DNA of 64,000 bases from Fonticula alba ATCC 38817 (Eukaryota > Protista > Nucleariida), in NCBI GenBank assembly GCA_000388065.2, contig KB932201.1; one strand, written 5' to 3'. Position 1 is the stretch's first letter, and every line of letters begins with the position of its first letter. The position numbers and the translations under genes were made by a program. Positions 1 to 11,988 of the stretch are shown in pieces. A model generated the notes under the pieces. That model was not told the origin of the DNA. It did no database searches and saw nothing but the letters and a program-made list of their open reading frames with translations.

Positions 1-3000
1 TGTTGTGGATCACAGTCGAGACACAGGGCGGACGCACTTCCCTGTCGTCATAAAGCGGCGTGTCTGTATGGGGGGTGCGTGCGTGCGTGCGTGTTTGTGT
101 TTGTGTTTGTGTGTTTGTGTGTGTGTGTGTGTGTGCGTGTGAATGGATGTCTCTCTTCGATGCTGGTGGTTCGAGGCGTGCGTGCTCTTTTTTCTTTTTC
201 TCCTTCTCTTCCTCTCTGTCTCTCGCGCGCGGGCACTCGCTCTCTATCTCTCACTCGCAGGGGTTCGCGATGTCACCGTGCTCTTTCTTCCTCGAGATGA
301 GCTGGCGCAAGGTCTGTCTCTCTCTCTCTCTCTATCTCTCTCTCTCGGGCTCTCTCTGTAGCCCGGAACCGCGGCAAGGAGCATGGGTGTGGGCGGGAGG
401 GAAGGAGGCGGATGCGGCGACGCGGAGTCAGACACATGTCCTGAGACACGGTATGCTCGGCGCGAAGGGAGGCCACGTACCCTGGCTAAGGCTTGACCGG
501 GTGAGAGATCGACGACGTCTTTCTTATTGGCCCCGGAGGGCGGGAATCGAGAAGAGGGCTGGGAGAGTCAGTCTCGATGGGGCATTCAGTGTGCGTGGGA
601 GGGCCACTCGACGTTTGAGGCGCATGCACACCCACACCCACACCCACACCCATACCCACCCACCCACCCACCCACACACACACACCTAGGGATGCCACTG
701 CGACAGGGGTGTCCTTCTGGGTGGCGCTGAGCATCGGTGTCAGGGCGGCATTCGAGTGTGAGGGGCTTCGTCCCGGGGGAAAATGCAGGGGGCGCGGAAA
801 GGAGACAGGAGAATCGAAAGTACATGGTGTCGGCGGCCGAAGCAGGGAGGATGATGATTCTCCGGCGGCCGAAGGGCTCCGAGAGAAGGCGTGCGCAGGC
901 CGATACTCGTGGCCAATGTGAGGCGGCGCGTATGGGTGTATGGATGTGTGTGTGTGTGTGTGTCCGGCAATCGGGATGCTTGGGTGGGGGGCTCCGCTGG
1001 ATGGACACCAAATCGGTGCTCGCGCCTGCCGAATAGGGGGCCGCGAGGTGTGTGTGCACAAGTGGCCGAGGGCGGCGAGGCAGTCCAGAGGCAAGTGCAG
1101 GGGAGGTGGAAGAGGGGCGGTGGGGCACAGAAACAGAGAGAACTTGGGAAGGTGGCGAATGTATGTATGCGCGTGGAGGATGTGTTGTGGCGGGGGTGAG
1201 TGTGAGTGTGTTTGTGAGTGGGTGTAAGAGTGGGTGGTTAAGGAGGCTGCTGCCCAGCAGGGGGAGGGTGGATTTCAGATTTTTATACCGCGCCTCACGG
1301 CGAAGATCGTAATTGCCAGCCGCCGGTCCCAGTGGCTTCGGGTGCAAGGCAGGTGCGTGTCTTTGCTACCCCCGACTTGCCGGCTCGACGACTCGATGCC
1401 CCCGGCCCCCGGCCCCCGGCCCCCGGCCCCCGGCCCGCCCCCTTCCCCCTCCTCTCCACCGTGCGGACGCCCGATCACCGGCGAGTAGCCTCCTGCCTCC
1501 CGGGGCCTGATGCCCGGATCCATCGGCGAGGGGGGCATTGAGCTGGCAGGCCGTCAAGGGCTGCACGGGCCAAGAGATTGTGGGCCAAATGCTGGGGGGG
1601 GGGGGGGGGGGGGGAGCCTTGTCGCAGTACGATCGTCCTCCGTTCAAGTGAGCGGGGGCGGCCATGCCGTTGGGACCCGGCCCGGTCGGTGTCTGAGCGG
1701 CTCCGCAAGTCTGGACAATTTGCCCATTTGGACGGCTGCTCAACGTGCGCAGATGCACATTTGCACATGTGCCCGTCTGTGCGGCGAGATGCAGGCATGT
1801 GCGGTGGTCAGAAGGCGGGAGGGGGGGGGGGGAGAGAGAGAGAGAGGCTTCTTCTGGTCTTTCCGCCGGCCTGCTCGGGGCGATCTTGTCCGGGAGCGCT
1901 ACCGGGCGCAGTCGGCCTCGGGGTCTAGTTCCCGAAGGGGGTGGGCATACGCGCGCGCGCGGGTATCGCAACCACAGGCACCCGATCGCTCGGCCTCCAG
2001 GGCCGGAGGCGCTCGCCCTTTACAACCGGCACCTGCATTATTCTTCTCCCCATCTCCCTCCCTGTCTCGGTGTCTCGCGAATAATGCCAATTACCACTGG
2101 CCCGCAGGTGTGACCGGCTCTGTGGTGTGCAAGCCTTCATGCTGGTACAGGCGCGCTTGCCTCGTCCCCCCTCGCCCCCCTTCTCACGCCATTTGGGCTG
2201 GCCTCCCGAGGGATGGCGACTAGCATCGTGTCGCGCCCCGTCCCAGTCGCTGCCCCCCCCCCCCCCCCATCCCTCGGGCCCCGTCCCTCGCCCCCCGGCC
2301 CCGGCCCCTCTCTCGCCCCTTCCCCTCCCTGACCCCCCGGCCTGCCGAGTGGGACCCCCTCCTCGGCCCTCGACTCGCTAGAAGGGGCTTGGCGCGGCGG
2401 CCGGGCCTCAGTGATTAATTCGACTGGTCACCGGGCGCAAGTGCAGCCGAGCATTCCTGCCATGTCCGGCGCCGGGGACCTGCTGACATCATGGGCGGAT
2501 GTCCTGGCGCCCCGGGTGCTGGGGGTGGAAGAGGCCGGCGTGGCGCCTCTGGGCCCAGTTGTCGGGGAGGACGAAGTGTGCTCGCCGCCTCTCGCCCGGC
2601 GCCCACGCCGGGGTGTCCCACCCTTCTCCCTTCCTTCTCCTCGATCGTGCGCCATCATGATGTCTCTAAGCACCGAGTCCTCGCCCCCCNNNNNNNNNNN
2701 NNNNNNNNNNNNNNNNNNNNNNNNNNNNNNNNNNNNNNNNNNNNNNNNNNNNNNNNNNNNNNNNNNNNNNNNNNNNNNNNNNNNNNNNNNNNNNNNNNNN
2801 NNNNNNNNNNNNNNNNNNNNNNNNNNNNNNNNNNNNNNNNNNNNNNNNNNNNNNNNNNNNNNNNNNNNNNNNNNNNNNNNNNNNNNNNNNNNNNNNNNNN
2901 NNNNNNNNNNNNCCCCCCGCCCCCGCCCCGCCCCTCCGCCCTCCCACGTGCGAAGACGCCAAAGCCCGGCGGCCTCAGTCGAGGGGGCAGGTGTTGGCCA

Positions 3001-3284
3001 CCGGTGGCGTCGTCGAACTCTGCCGGCTCCGGGGCCACTTGACACATATGCAAGCGACATGCTGCCCTGACCCGGGACCGGTGTGATGCCTTCCCAGTGG
3101 GGGAAGACTCACGAGCCGGCCCCGGATTCCGGCACCCAGCCCCGGGGGAAGCCAGGCGCGAGTTAAAAGCATGTTGGCGTTTTTATTTTATTTTCCGCCA
3201 GCCCACTACCGCGCCCTGCGACCGCGCGCGAGTCCGGCTCAGCGTGCGCGGTGGCAAGCGCCGGGGGGAGGGGGGGCGCCGGCA

Positions 3285-3327
<43 letters not shown>

Positions 3328-3661
3328 CCTCTGGGGGCCAGTGCCGGGGGGCCGTCCGCGCTGGCCGGGGGCGCAGGGGGGCATGCGCCGGGGGGCCGAA
3401 ACAGACCGGAAAGATGCACGCACATGGGGGCGTGCATGTGCGTGTGTCTGTATTCATCTGAGTGGGTGGCTGCTCCTCGTCGGGGCGGGCCGCGCGTGAA
3501 TGCTTCTACGAGAATATGCACAGACCCAGCGACTGGCCCCCCTCTTCGCGCTTCGAAATCCACGCAATTATAGTGGCCCATAGCCGCGTGCGGATCCGGA
3601 GGGGCGGCGAGCGAGCGAGGGAGAGAGAAACACACACACACATACACACACGCACGCACTT

Positions 3662-3927
3662 TGTGGCCGCCCTCCCGCCACCCCTCTGCCCTCAATTGAG
3701 GCTGGCCGAGGAGGGTCCCGGTCGGGCTGATATGTCTCCCTTGACGGGTGACATTTGGCTGAGCTGATGAGTTTCTCTCGCCAGGAGATCGGAAGAGCAC
3801 ACGTGTGGCCGCCCTCCCGCCACCCCTCTGCCCTCAATTGAGGCTGGCCGAGGAGGGTCCCGGTCGGGCTGATATGTCTCCCTTGACGGGTGACATTTGG
3901 CTGAGCTGATGAGTTTCTCTCGCCAGG
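3662..3927. repeat. 124-bp direct duplication (3662-3785 and 3804-3927) around the adapter; probable mis-assembly
   Basis: The copies are identical from TGTGGCCGCCCTCCCG to TTTCTCTCGCCAGG, separated by adapter sequence and close to a contig end. Confidence 0.85.
3786..3804 (+). other. Illumina TruSeq adapter sequence embedded in the assembly (contamination)
   Basis: Exact AGATCGGAAGAGCACACGT at 3786-3804, sitting between two copies of the same 124-bp sequence. Confidence 0.95.
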
Positions 3928-5047
3928 GGGGCCGAGGGCTGGGGGGGGGGGAGGGNNNNNNNNNNNNNNNNNNNNNNNNNNNNNNNNNNNNNNNNNNNNN
4001 NNNNNNNNNNNNNNNNNNNNNNNNNNNNNNNNNNNNNNNNNNNNNNNNNNNNNNNNNNNNNNNNNNNNNNNNNNNNNNNNNNNNNNNNNNNNNNNNNNNN
4101 NNNNNNNNNNNNNNNNNNNNNNNNNNNNNNNNNNNNNNNNNNNNNNNNNNNNNNNNNNNNNNNNNNNNNNNNNNNNNNNNNNNNNNNNNNNNNNNNNNNN
4201 NNNNNNNNNNNNNNNNNNNNNNNNNNNNNNNNNNNNNNNNNNNNNNNNNNNNNNNNNNNNNNNNNNNNNNNNNNNNNNNNNNNGCCTGCCCGGGGGGGGG
4301 GGGAATGAACAGGGGAGTAAGCCGGCAGTTGGACAGACGCTCGGGCCCGGGTCTGGGGGGGCGGGGTCAATGCTACTACCAATGGATGGGCCACCATTCA
4401 CGCTGGACGTGACGGCGTGCCTGTTTCCTTCCGGCCCCCCGCCCCCCCCCCCGCCGGCCCCAGTTCCCGGCCTTGGGCCCCCTGGTCTGCCGCCGCCTTT
4501 GTACCCTGCGGGCCGCGATGGAAGCGCGCGCGCGCGCGCGATGGCGGCCGCGCTCGTCCACCGCAACGCCGATGTCGTCCCCGGGTGTGCCCTGGTAAGC
4601 AGCTGGCGTTTCCAACAGTCAGCGGGGGAGGGTGTGGGCAAGTGTCCGAGTGAGCGAATGGGTGGGTCTAGAATTTCTTTGTTAAGGACGCCTCTGGCTC
4701 GGGCGGACCGGCATCATATCCGGGCTTTGGCGATATCGCTCTTCGAGGTGGCCGGGTTTGTTTGTTATCGGCTGCCGGAAGGCCGAGCGGGGGCTGCTAC
4801 TTCCGGCTGGAGGTACACTAGCGACACCCACAACAATGGCGGTGGTGGTGGTGGCGACGTCGAGCGAGCTGCCGGCCGCCGGGGCAGCAGCCACAACGAG
4901 GGTCAAGGCAGTCACCCCGTCAGCAGGAGGTGCCGAGGCCGGGGCTGGGCACCAAGGGGGAGGGGGGGGGGCTGGCATGACATTCATGAAGATCCCCGTG
5001 TCGCGGTCTTCTGCCACGCTTTCGAGAGCCGCAAGCATCCGATAGAG

Positions 5048-5050
5048 AGC

Positions 5051-5109
<59 letters not shown>
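5048..5109. repeat. (GA)n microsatellite
   Basis: Near-perfect GA run with two AAA interruptions. Confidence 0.9.
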
Positions 5110-5440
5110 CCCCTTCCTGACACCTTGCCCCGGCAGGCCCTTCTCAACAACACGCCCGACGCCGGAGCCCATGGGTTCCCCACTGGAGCAAGATCATGGC
5201 CCTTCTCTCCTTGGGCCACGCATGTGGAGGCCCAAGCCCAAGCTTCGGGGCTTGGGAGAACATCGTCATGCATTTCCTCTTGAAGTGGCAGCGCATGCAG
5301 ATCGCGGGAGAAGATTCTCTCGCCCGAGGACGCCTCCTCCCTTCGCCCTGGAGCAGCACGCGTTGATAGCTCGTGTGCCTGTCCTCCTCGGGTCGGCAAA
5401 CAGGCCGCCAATGGGCGGCCGGGCAACCGACCGGTCGGCA

Positions 5441-5538
5441 CACACACATGCACCCATGCACCCATGCACCCATGCACCCATGCACACATGCACACATGCA
5501 CACATGCACACATGTACACACACACACACACACACACA
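5441..5538. repeat. Compound repeat (ATGCACCC)n to (ATGCACAC)n to (CA)n
   Basis: Octamer units grade into a CA dinucleotide tract. Confidence 0.85.
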
Positions 5539-5844
5539 CTCCCACTGTAGGTGACGGCGATCCCCCTCGACCTGCTTTTCGGGCCGGACCCGGCCGGATG
5601 AGATGCATCGTCACCCATGCGCAAAGACTCGATTAATTGATCAAAATTTCTCATGAAAACCATACCCAGTTGCAACACGGCTGACCGGCGGATCTGTGCA
5701 AAAACCCTCTCTGCCCCTTGCGGGGAAATGTCAGTCACTCGCCGCAGGACAAGCGCCTGGTCGGTCAGGCGCCCATACACACGGGAAGATATCCACACTC
5801 CCACCCACACTTACAGACACTCGCCAGAGACCACCCGCGCCTCG

Positions 5845-5875
<31 letters not shown>

Positions 5876-8488
5876 TCTCTCGCTCTCTGTCTGTCTCCCT
5901 GCCCCTCTGGGATCTCCTTTTCTGAAACATGGGTCCCCCGAAACCCCGGCAAAGAAGGCAGACCCCGCACGGGGCCACATTGCGTGCCCGCCCGCGGGAG
6001 GGTGAGAGGGGCGCAGACGCGAAGGGGGAGCCGCATCCCTGCTCTCCTTGGCTGTTGGCATGGTCGCGCGCGCCCTGGTCCTGCCGAACTACGAGGCACG
6101 CCCCTCGCCCGATCCCGGCCCCATCCGTGCTTTGGCTTGGGGAGAAGGCGCTCGCGACCCGGGCCAGGGGAGACGGCACCCGTGTCTAGGAATCAAGCGG
6201 GCAGCCGAGGGGGCGTGCCCCGGTCGACGGCGTGCCCGGCCGCCCAAAGGGCACCTGGCCAGTCGAAGGCCCCGCCGAGGGCCGGAATGCACTGCCCCGC
6301 CAGGGGGCCCTTCCGGCCCCTGCTCCAGAGGCACACATGGGTTGTTGGGGATATCCGGCCGTGAGGCTGATCATGGCGCGCCCAGGCTCACCGGTGTCGA
6401 GCCCGACACAGGGCGTGGTGGGGGCTTGGTGGAGGCGTGGGGTGGACCTGGGCCCGGCCTATGGGCGGACATGGGATTGGATAGGGCCCACCGGGCCGGC
6501 CGTGCGACCGTTCTCAGCGGCCGCCGGGTTTGCCGATGGTGCATGCCGTGTGCCGCGCGTAGCCCTTCCCGTCTGGGTTCCTCTCTTGCCCGAATTGCGC
6601 CAGCAGGCGCACACATGTATACTGCTGGCATCGGCGCCTGCCAGGGCGCGGCCCTCCCCCGCCCGGTTTCTCTCGCCCGCCCCCCCCCCCCCCTCCCGCT
6701 CGGCCTGACGCATACGGGGTCCGGCGGGGGCCCTCCCAGCCGGGAGGACCCTCATGCAGGCAGCGCGCCTCTTCAAGGGAGAGAACCACTTCCAGCTGTG
6801 ATGGGGCAAGTTCAATACCAGGTGTCATATGGTTGTCCGGTTAACTACGAGGGCGCGCCACCGGGCGCATCGAGAACATGCGGTCTGCTTGCCCCGCCAA
6901 GCAGACACCCACACACCCACACACACGCACCAACTGGTGGGGCGCGAGGCCGGGGCCGGAGCCGACGCCCAACCGCCCGGGGCCGTCTGCCACCCGGCCG
7001 GCCGGGCACACTTGTCGTCGTCGTTGTCGTGGGCGCCCATGGCGTCGGTGCCCGGTGCCGACATGCCTCCTTTCCCTGGTGACCGGCTGGTCTAGGCGCA
7101 GCCGGCCGACGCGGAAGCATGCCCGGAGGTTGGGCCGCCCCCGGTCGGGCACCGGGCACCGGAGGGAAGCGCCGCGGCGACAGATGATTCATACCGACAC
7201 GCCGGGTTGCAGCCTCGGACCAGGGAGGGAGCTGTCTATGTCGGGCTCTATGGGGCAGCACATGAGGCGGGCTCTCTGCCGTGATGAGCCATCAACTGGG
7301 GCTGACGGGCCGGGGGGGGGNNNNNNNNNNNNNNNNNNNNNNNNNNNNNNNNNNNNNNNNNNNNNNNNNNNNNNNNNNNNNNNNNNNNNNNNNNNNNNNN
7401 NNNNNNNNNNNNNNNNNNNNNNNNNNNNNNNNNNNNNNNNNNNNNNNNNNNNNNNNNNNNNNNNNNNNNNNNNNNNNNNNNNNNNNNNNNNNNNNNNNNN
7501 NNNNNACGCATTCCGGGTGGGTCTATGGGAGGGGGCCTCTTGCAGGCATGGTCGACACTCGGAAGCCCGGGCGGAGGCAAGGGCCGGAGGTGAACACAGC
7601 CTCGCGGCCGGCTCGTCTGTATGCAGGTAACGCCGACCCGCCAAAGAGTGGGCGTGTATGTGTATCTTTGTGTGTGAGCGCGCGCGCGCGCGCGCGACTT
7701 GATCCAGGTCTCCTGGCGTAGTGACCGATCGGTGGAGAGAAAGATGGAAGGGGCTCATAGAGAGAGAGAGAGAGGGAGCAGGGGCCGCACTCAGCGCACA
7801 CACAGAAGTTTCCCCCATGTGCTGCCCGACCTCATGGAGCTGATAGCCATCATTCGGCTAAGCCGATAAAGTTCCCGCGGGACGAACAGCACCGGGGATT
7901 TCGGCCGGGGCCGGCTCACGAAGAGGGGGCATCCGGGTCGGGTCCGCTCCGGGAAGCTCCAAGCGGTGATTCGTACGGCTAGGTGCGCCTGTGCCGCGCC
8001 CCAACGGGGGCCCCCTTCACCGGCGCCCATTTGTCCCGCCCCGGGGACATGGACCCCGGCGCAACCAATGAGGAAGAACGCTCCACGCCCCCCCCCCCTC
8101 CCACCCTCGGTCTTGGTCCCAAGGCCATGCACCCATGGACGGATCCGGGCGTGTATGTGTGTCGGCGCGTACGACCGCAATGTCCGCACTTCGACACCCA
8201 CCACATGGGCTGCCTCTAGCGCAGGGCGGCCAGAGAGGGAGGATCCTGGAGCCGTTCGTCGGCAGGTGCACCGCACCTTCTTACGTCCGCTCACGGAGTG
8301 CTGTTTGCTCCCAGTGGAGAAGCGGACCCCAGCCCGCCTGCCCCCTGCCCCCTTGCGCCTCGCCTCCAGGGGCGCTTCCCCAATGGGAGGACTTCCTCGA
8401 AGCGCCCAAAAAAGCACACGGAAGCGCCTTCTTCTGGAGAAGCGTCCGATGGAAGAAGACAGATACACACACACACACACACGCACAC

Positions 8489-8539
<51 letters not shown>

Positions 8540-9696
8540 CAGACAGTGACCCTTCCCTCCCGAGGATGTCGTGTTTGCTGTGCCTAGGGTGGTGCCAGGA
8601 AACCACCGTGGATAGCACGCCAGGAGCCCCTCCTCCCTTCCCCGGTGGTGTTGGAAAGCCATGCGCCGGGCACGCGCCGGGGAGTGGTCGCGCCAGAAGG
8701 TGAGCTTCCTCCAATGTGGGACATGAGGGTGCCCATGTGTGGAGAGCTGCCCTCTTCTCCTCGCATGTGTGTGTGTGTGTGTGTGTGTGAGGATGTGGTC
8801 GTCGAAGGGGGGCTACCCTTGAGGTGCGCAAGGGATACGCCACGTGCAAATATCAGGCCGAGCCATATTCGAGTACATTGAATCGCCCAGGCTCGGCGCG
8901 GGTTTCCAGGCAACCGNNNNNNNNNNNNNNNNNNNNNNNNNNNNNNNNNNNNNNNNNNNNNNNNNNNNNNNNNNNNNNNNNNNNNNNNNNNNNNNNNNNN
9001 NNNNNNNNNNNNNNNNNNNNNNNNNNNNNNNNNNNNNNNNNNNNNNNNNNNNNNNNNNNNNNNNNNNNNNNNNNNNNNNNNNNNNNNNNNNNNNNNNNNN
9101 NNNNNNNNNNNNNNNNNNNNNNNNNNNNNNNNNNNNNNNNNNNNNNNNNNNNNNNNNNNNNNNNNNNNNNNNNNNNNNNNNNNNNNNNNNNNNNNNNNNN
9201 NNNNNNNNNNNNNNNNNNNNNNNNNNNNNNNNNNNNNNNNNNNNNNNNCAACGTCTTTTCCGGTCTTCCCCCCTGTTAGCGCCCCCCCCCCCCTCCCGGG
9301 TCGCGCGAGTGAGACATCTGAAAACGGCTTCCCAAACCAAATGCACCCAATTGTGCCCGAAAATGGCTTTTCCATTAAATGGATCTACATTACCAGATCA
9401 GGCATTTCTCGGGCCCCCTCGAGATTGCGCCTCTCCGTGGGAGGAGCAACACGCGGAAAGGGCAGCGAGGGGCAAGAGAAGCCAACAATGTCCATGTTCG
9501 AGGGTGAGAAGTGGCGAAGAGGGGGCACGAGAAATGGACGCAGGCCAGGCGGAGCGGCGGAAAGGCCCCTGTCCCCGCCCCTTTTTCACACTCACTCTTC
9601 CGGATCTCTCCCTCGGTCCTCCTTGGCGCTGCTCGGAGCCCGGGGGGTTTCTTTCATCCCCTTCTTCCTCCCCAGCCAGGGCGATCGCGGCACCCC

Positions 9697-10641
9697 TCAT
9701 TGGCTGAGCGCAGCCCACAGGGTGTCTCCTCGAGCAGCCCCACCGCCGAAGGCCAAGTGCAGGCGATATGCGGCCACGGTGGCCTGGTCTGGCATGTCGA
9801 AGTGCGCCAAAAGCAGGAGATGCGGTCCGTCGGCCGCCAGAGCCTGCGGGGTGGTGCCCGGGGCCTGGTCACTTGAGTACACCCCGGCCAGGTAGGACAG
9901 CAGGTAGGGCAGCCAGATGGTGTCGTCCGGCCACATGGCCGAGAAGGGCACCTGGTCGGCATCCACCCAGAAGGGCCGCATTTCGGGAGTCTCAACCGGC
10001 GAACCGGTGAACTGCCAGGCCACAAAAACATGCACATCCAGCAGGCGGTTCGGATCTGCGGAGGGCAGGTTGAAATTCAGTCGTCCGACGAAGGAAATAC
10101 TTGTGGCGTGAAGGTGCGCCTCCTCGGCAAGTTCTGCCGGGTTTTTTTTTGGCCCCCCCCCACCCCCGCCCCCGCCCCCAGAGACGCAAGGCACGACGGC
10201 TTTTCGGTCAGTATGGGGCCAGGCAAAAGTGCGAGAGAAGAGGGACAAGAAGCGGGGAAGGAGGAGGAGGAGGAGGAGGCTGCCACAGCATAGGTTGATG
10301 TCCGCACCGCGAATCGCACATTCCTCCGACGTCTCGCCGGGCTCGATCTTGCCGCCAAATCCATTGATCAAGCCCTGGCCGAGGCCACGCTTCTTTTCGC
10401 CAAGTAGCACCTGGAAGCGCCCCGGGGCGTCCGGCGCCGCGCGCAGCGGAAACACCAGAGTGAACCCCTTGCGCGGGGCATCGAGCGGCCGAAAGTTCGT
10501 ATCCCCCAGGGTCGGGGGATGGAAGACAGCAACGCCGGCGCCCCCCGGGTCCAAGCGGACGGCGCCACATTGCGATACGAGGTGCCCCTTGGAAGCAGGG
10601 TCGAAGGTGAAGTCCGAGTCGGGGATGCCAGCGTGGGTCAT
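9697..10641 (-). CDS. NUDT1: Nudix hydrolase, MTH1/NUDT1-type oxidised purine nucleoside triphosphate pyrophosphatase; join(10641..10308,10133..9697), 256 aa
   Basis: VLLGEKKRGLGQGLINGFGGKIEPGETSEECAIR|ELAEEAHL gives an MTH1-type Nudix box once GT-AG intron 10307-10134 is removed. MWPDD corresponds to the human MTH1 Trp117/Asp119/Asp120 motif. Confidence 0.92.
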   Translation of the reverse strand: MTHAGIPDSDFTFDPASKGHLVSQCGAVRLDPGGAGVAVFHPPTLGDTNFRPLDAPRKGFTLVFPLRAAPDAPGRFQVLLGEKKRGLGQGLINGFGGKIEPGETSEECAIRGADINLCCGSLLLLLLLPRFLSLFSRTFAWPHTDRKAVVPCVSGGGGGGGGGPKKNPAELAEEAHLHATSISFVGRLNFNLPSADPNRLLDVHVFVAWQFTGSPVETPEMRPFWVDADQVPFSAMWPDDTIWLPYLLSYLAGVYSSDQAPGTTPQALAADGPHLLLLAHFDMPDQATVAAYRLHLAFGGGAARGDTLWAALSQ

Positions 10642-11988
10642 CGTCGAGGGTATTGCCTGGGGCTCGGCCGGGAGAGAGGGGAGGGGCAGAGAAAGTCGAT
10701 CGTCGCCGGGGGGGGGGGGGGGGGGATATTCGTGCCAAGGAGCAGACGACCCCCCGCCAGGCGCGGCGGCCGAAATGGGGCACTCTGGTCAGAATCGCTG
10801 GCACTTGGGTGGCCTGATCAGGTCCCGGGATCAGCGCCAGACCACGCCGCTAGCTCGCCTTCGGGTCCCGGCTATTCCCCAGGCCCTTTCTCCCTCCCTC
10901 CCTTGTTGTATCTTTTGCGTGCTTGTGGTCCTCACCCGGCGGGGAGAGGGAGCACAGGCTTCCCCAGCCAGGAGGACAGAGGCGGGCGAGGTCTGTCAGC
11001 AAGCAGCCAACTCGTCCGGTTTCCCTCGCTTGGTTTAAATGATGCGGGCCGCATGAGCTGGGGTCCGGTGGCCTAGGGGGGAGGGAGGGGGGAGCGGCGC
11101 GCGCGCGCGCGCGCGCGGAATTCGCGGAGCCCCCCACCATCGGGCTCCTTGGCGGGACTTTCCGTCTGCTTGGAGACGGGAGGGCAGAGGCAGCAGGTCT
11201 CTCGCGAATTTCCCCATCCTCGGCATCGATGCTGGTCCTTTTTTTGTTAGAGAGCCTGCTTCCGGGAGCGGGCCCCAAAACAGCGGCCATAGCATTGGGA
11301 GCCGAGTGCTGCCGGCGTCTGCCCTGCCCCCCCCCCCCCCCCCCCCCCCGGGCACGCTGGAATGGGCGGAGGACGCATGCTTGCACCATTCATTCGCCCG
11401 TGCTTGCCAGATCCCAGCGCGTGTAGCATCCCCCGGGCGCATGCTCCTCGGGGGGCCGATTGCCCCGACCCCGGGGCGCGGACCGGTTTTTCGGCGACAC
11501 GGCCGATTCCCGTTCTGCAGCTTCCTGGGAGCTGGCTGCCGATTGTCGCGGGCTCGTCCGGGGGGCGGGGGCAACCGTATCCGGCGAGTCAGGGGCGCAG
11601 TGGGATTCCCCCTGCGCCCCCCCCCCTCCCACATACCCATGCGCACGGCCACAGGCCAACTGCCGCTTAGATTGCGGCAAGGCGCCCGGCACAGGGGTCC
11701 CCCAGGCCCGGGGGAAAAGAGAAGGCCATTCGGGTAGCCAGAGGGAGGCTTGCCAAAGGCCCCCTCCCTCTCTTCTCCCGCCCGCCTGCCTTGCCCTGCC
11801 CTGCCCTGAACAGCCTCCGCTCTGCTCTGGTATAGCACTCCCCTCCGGCTGGCCTTTGCCCCCTCCCTCGCCCCCCTTCCTTCCACCCACGCCCCTGTTC
11901 CCCTTCCTCCTGCCACTCCTGTGCCCCTCGGTTGCCGTTCTTTTCCCGGTCCCTCCTCGCGCCCCGGGTTGCCTTCCCTCTCGGCGGC

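Noticed and set aside
7784-7858. Possible C/D box snoRNA on the minus strand (GCCG-A-ATGATGG...CTGA-GTG-CGGC)
   Set aside because: The C box has a mismatch, C'/D' boxes are unclear, I recognise no rRNA guide, and such short motifs arise by chance. A snoscan or small-RNA-seq hit would be needed.
48-9375. Numerous 60-390 aa ORFs in the first 9 kb
   Set aside because: Translations are dominated by dinucleotide-repeat products (HT, CV, RE, SL), poly-Pro/Gly and N-gaps. No family motifs; long open frames are expected at this GC content.
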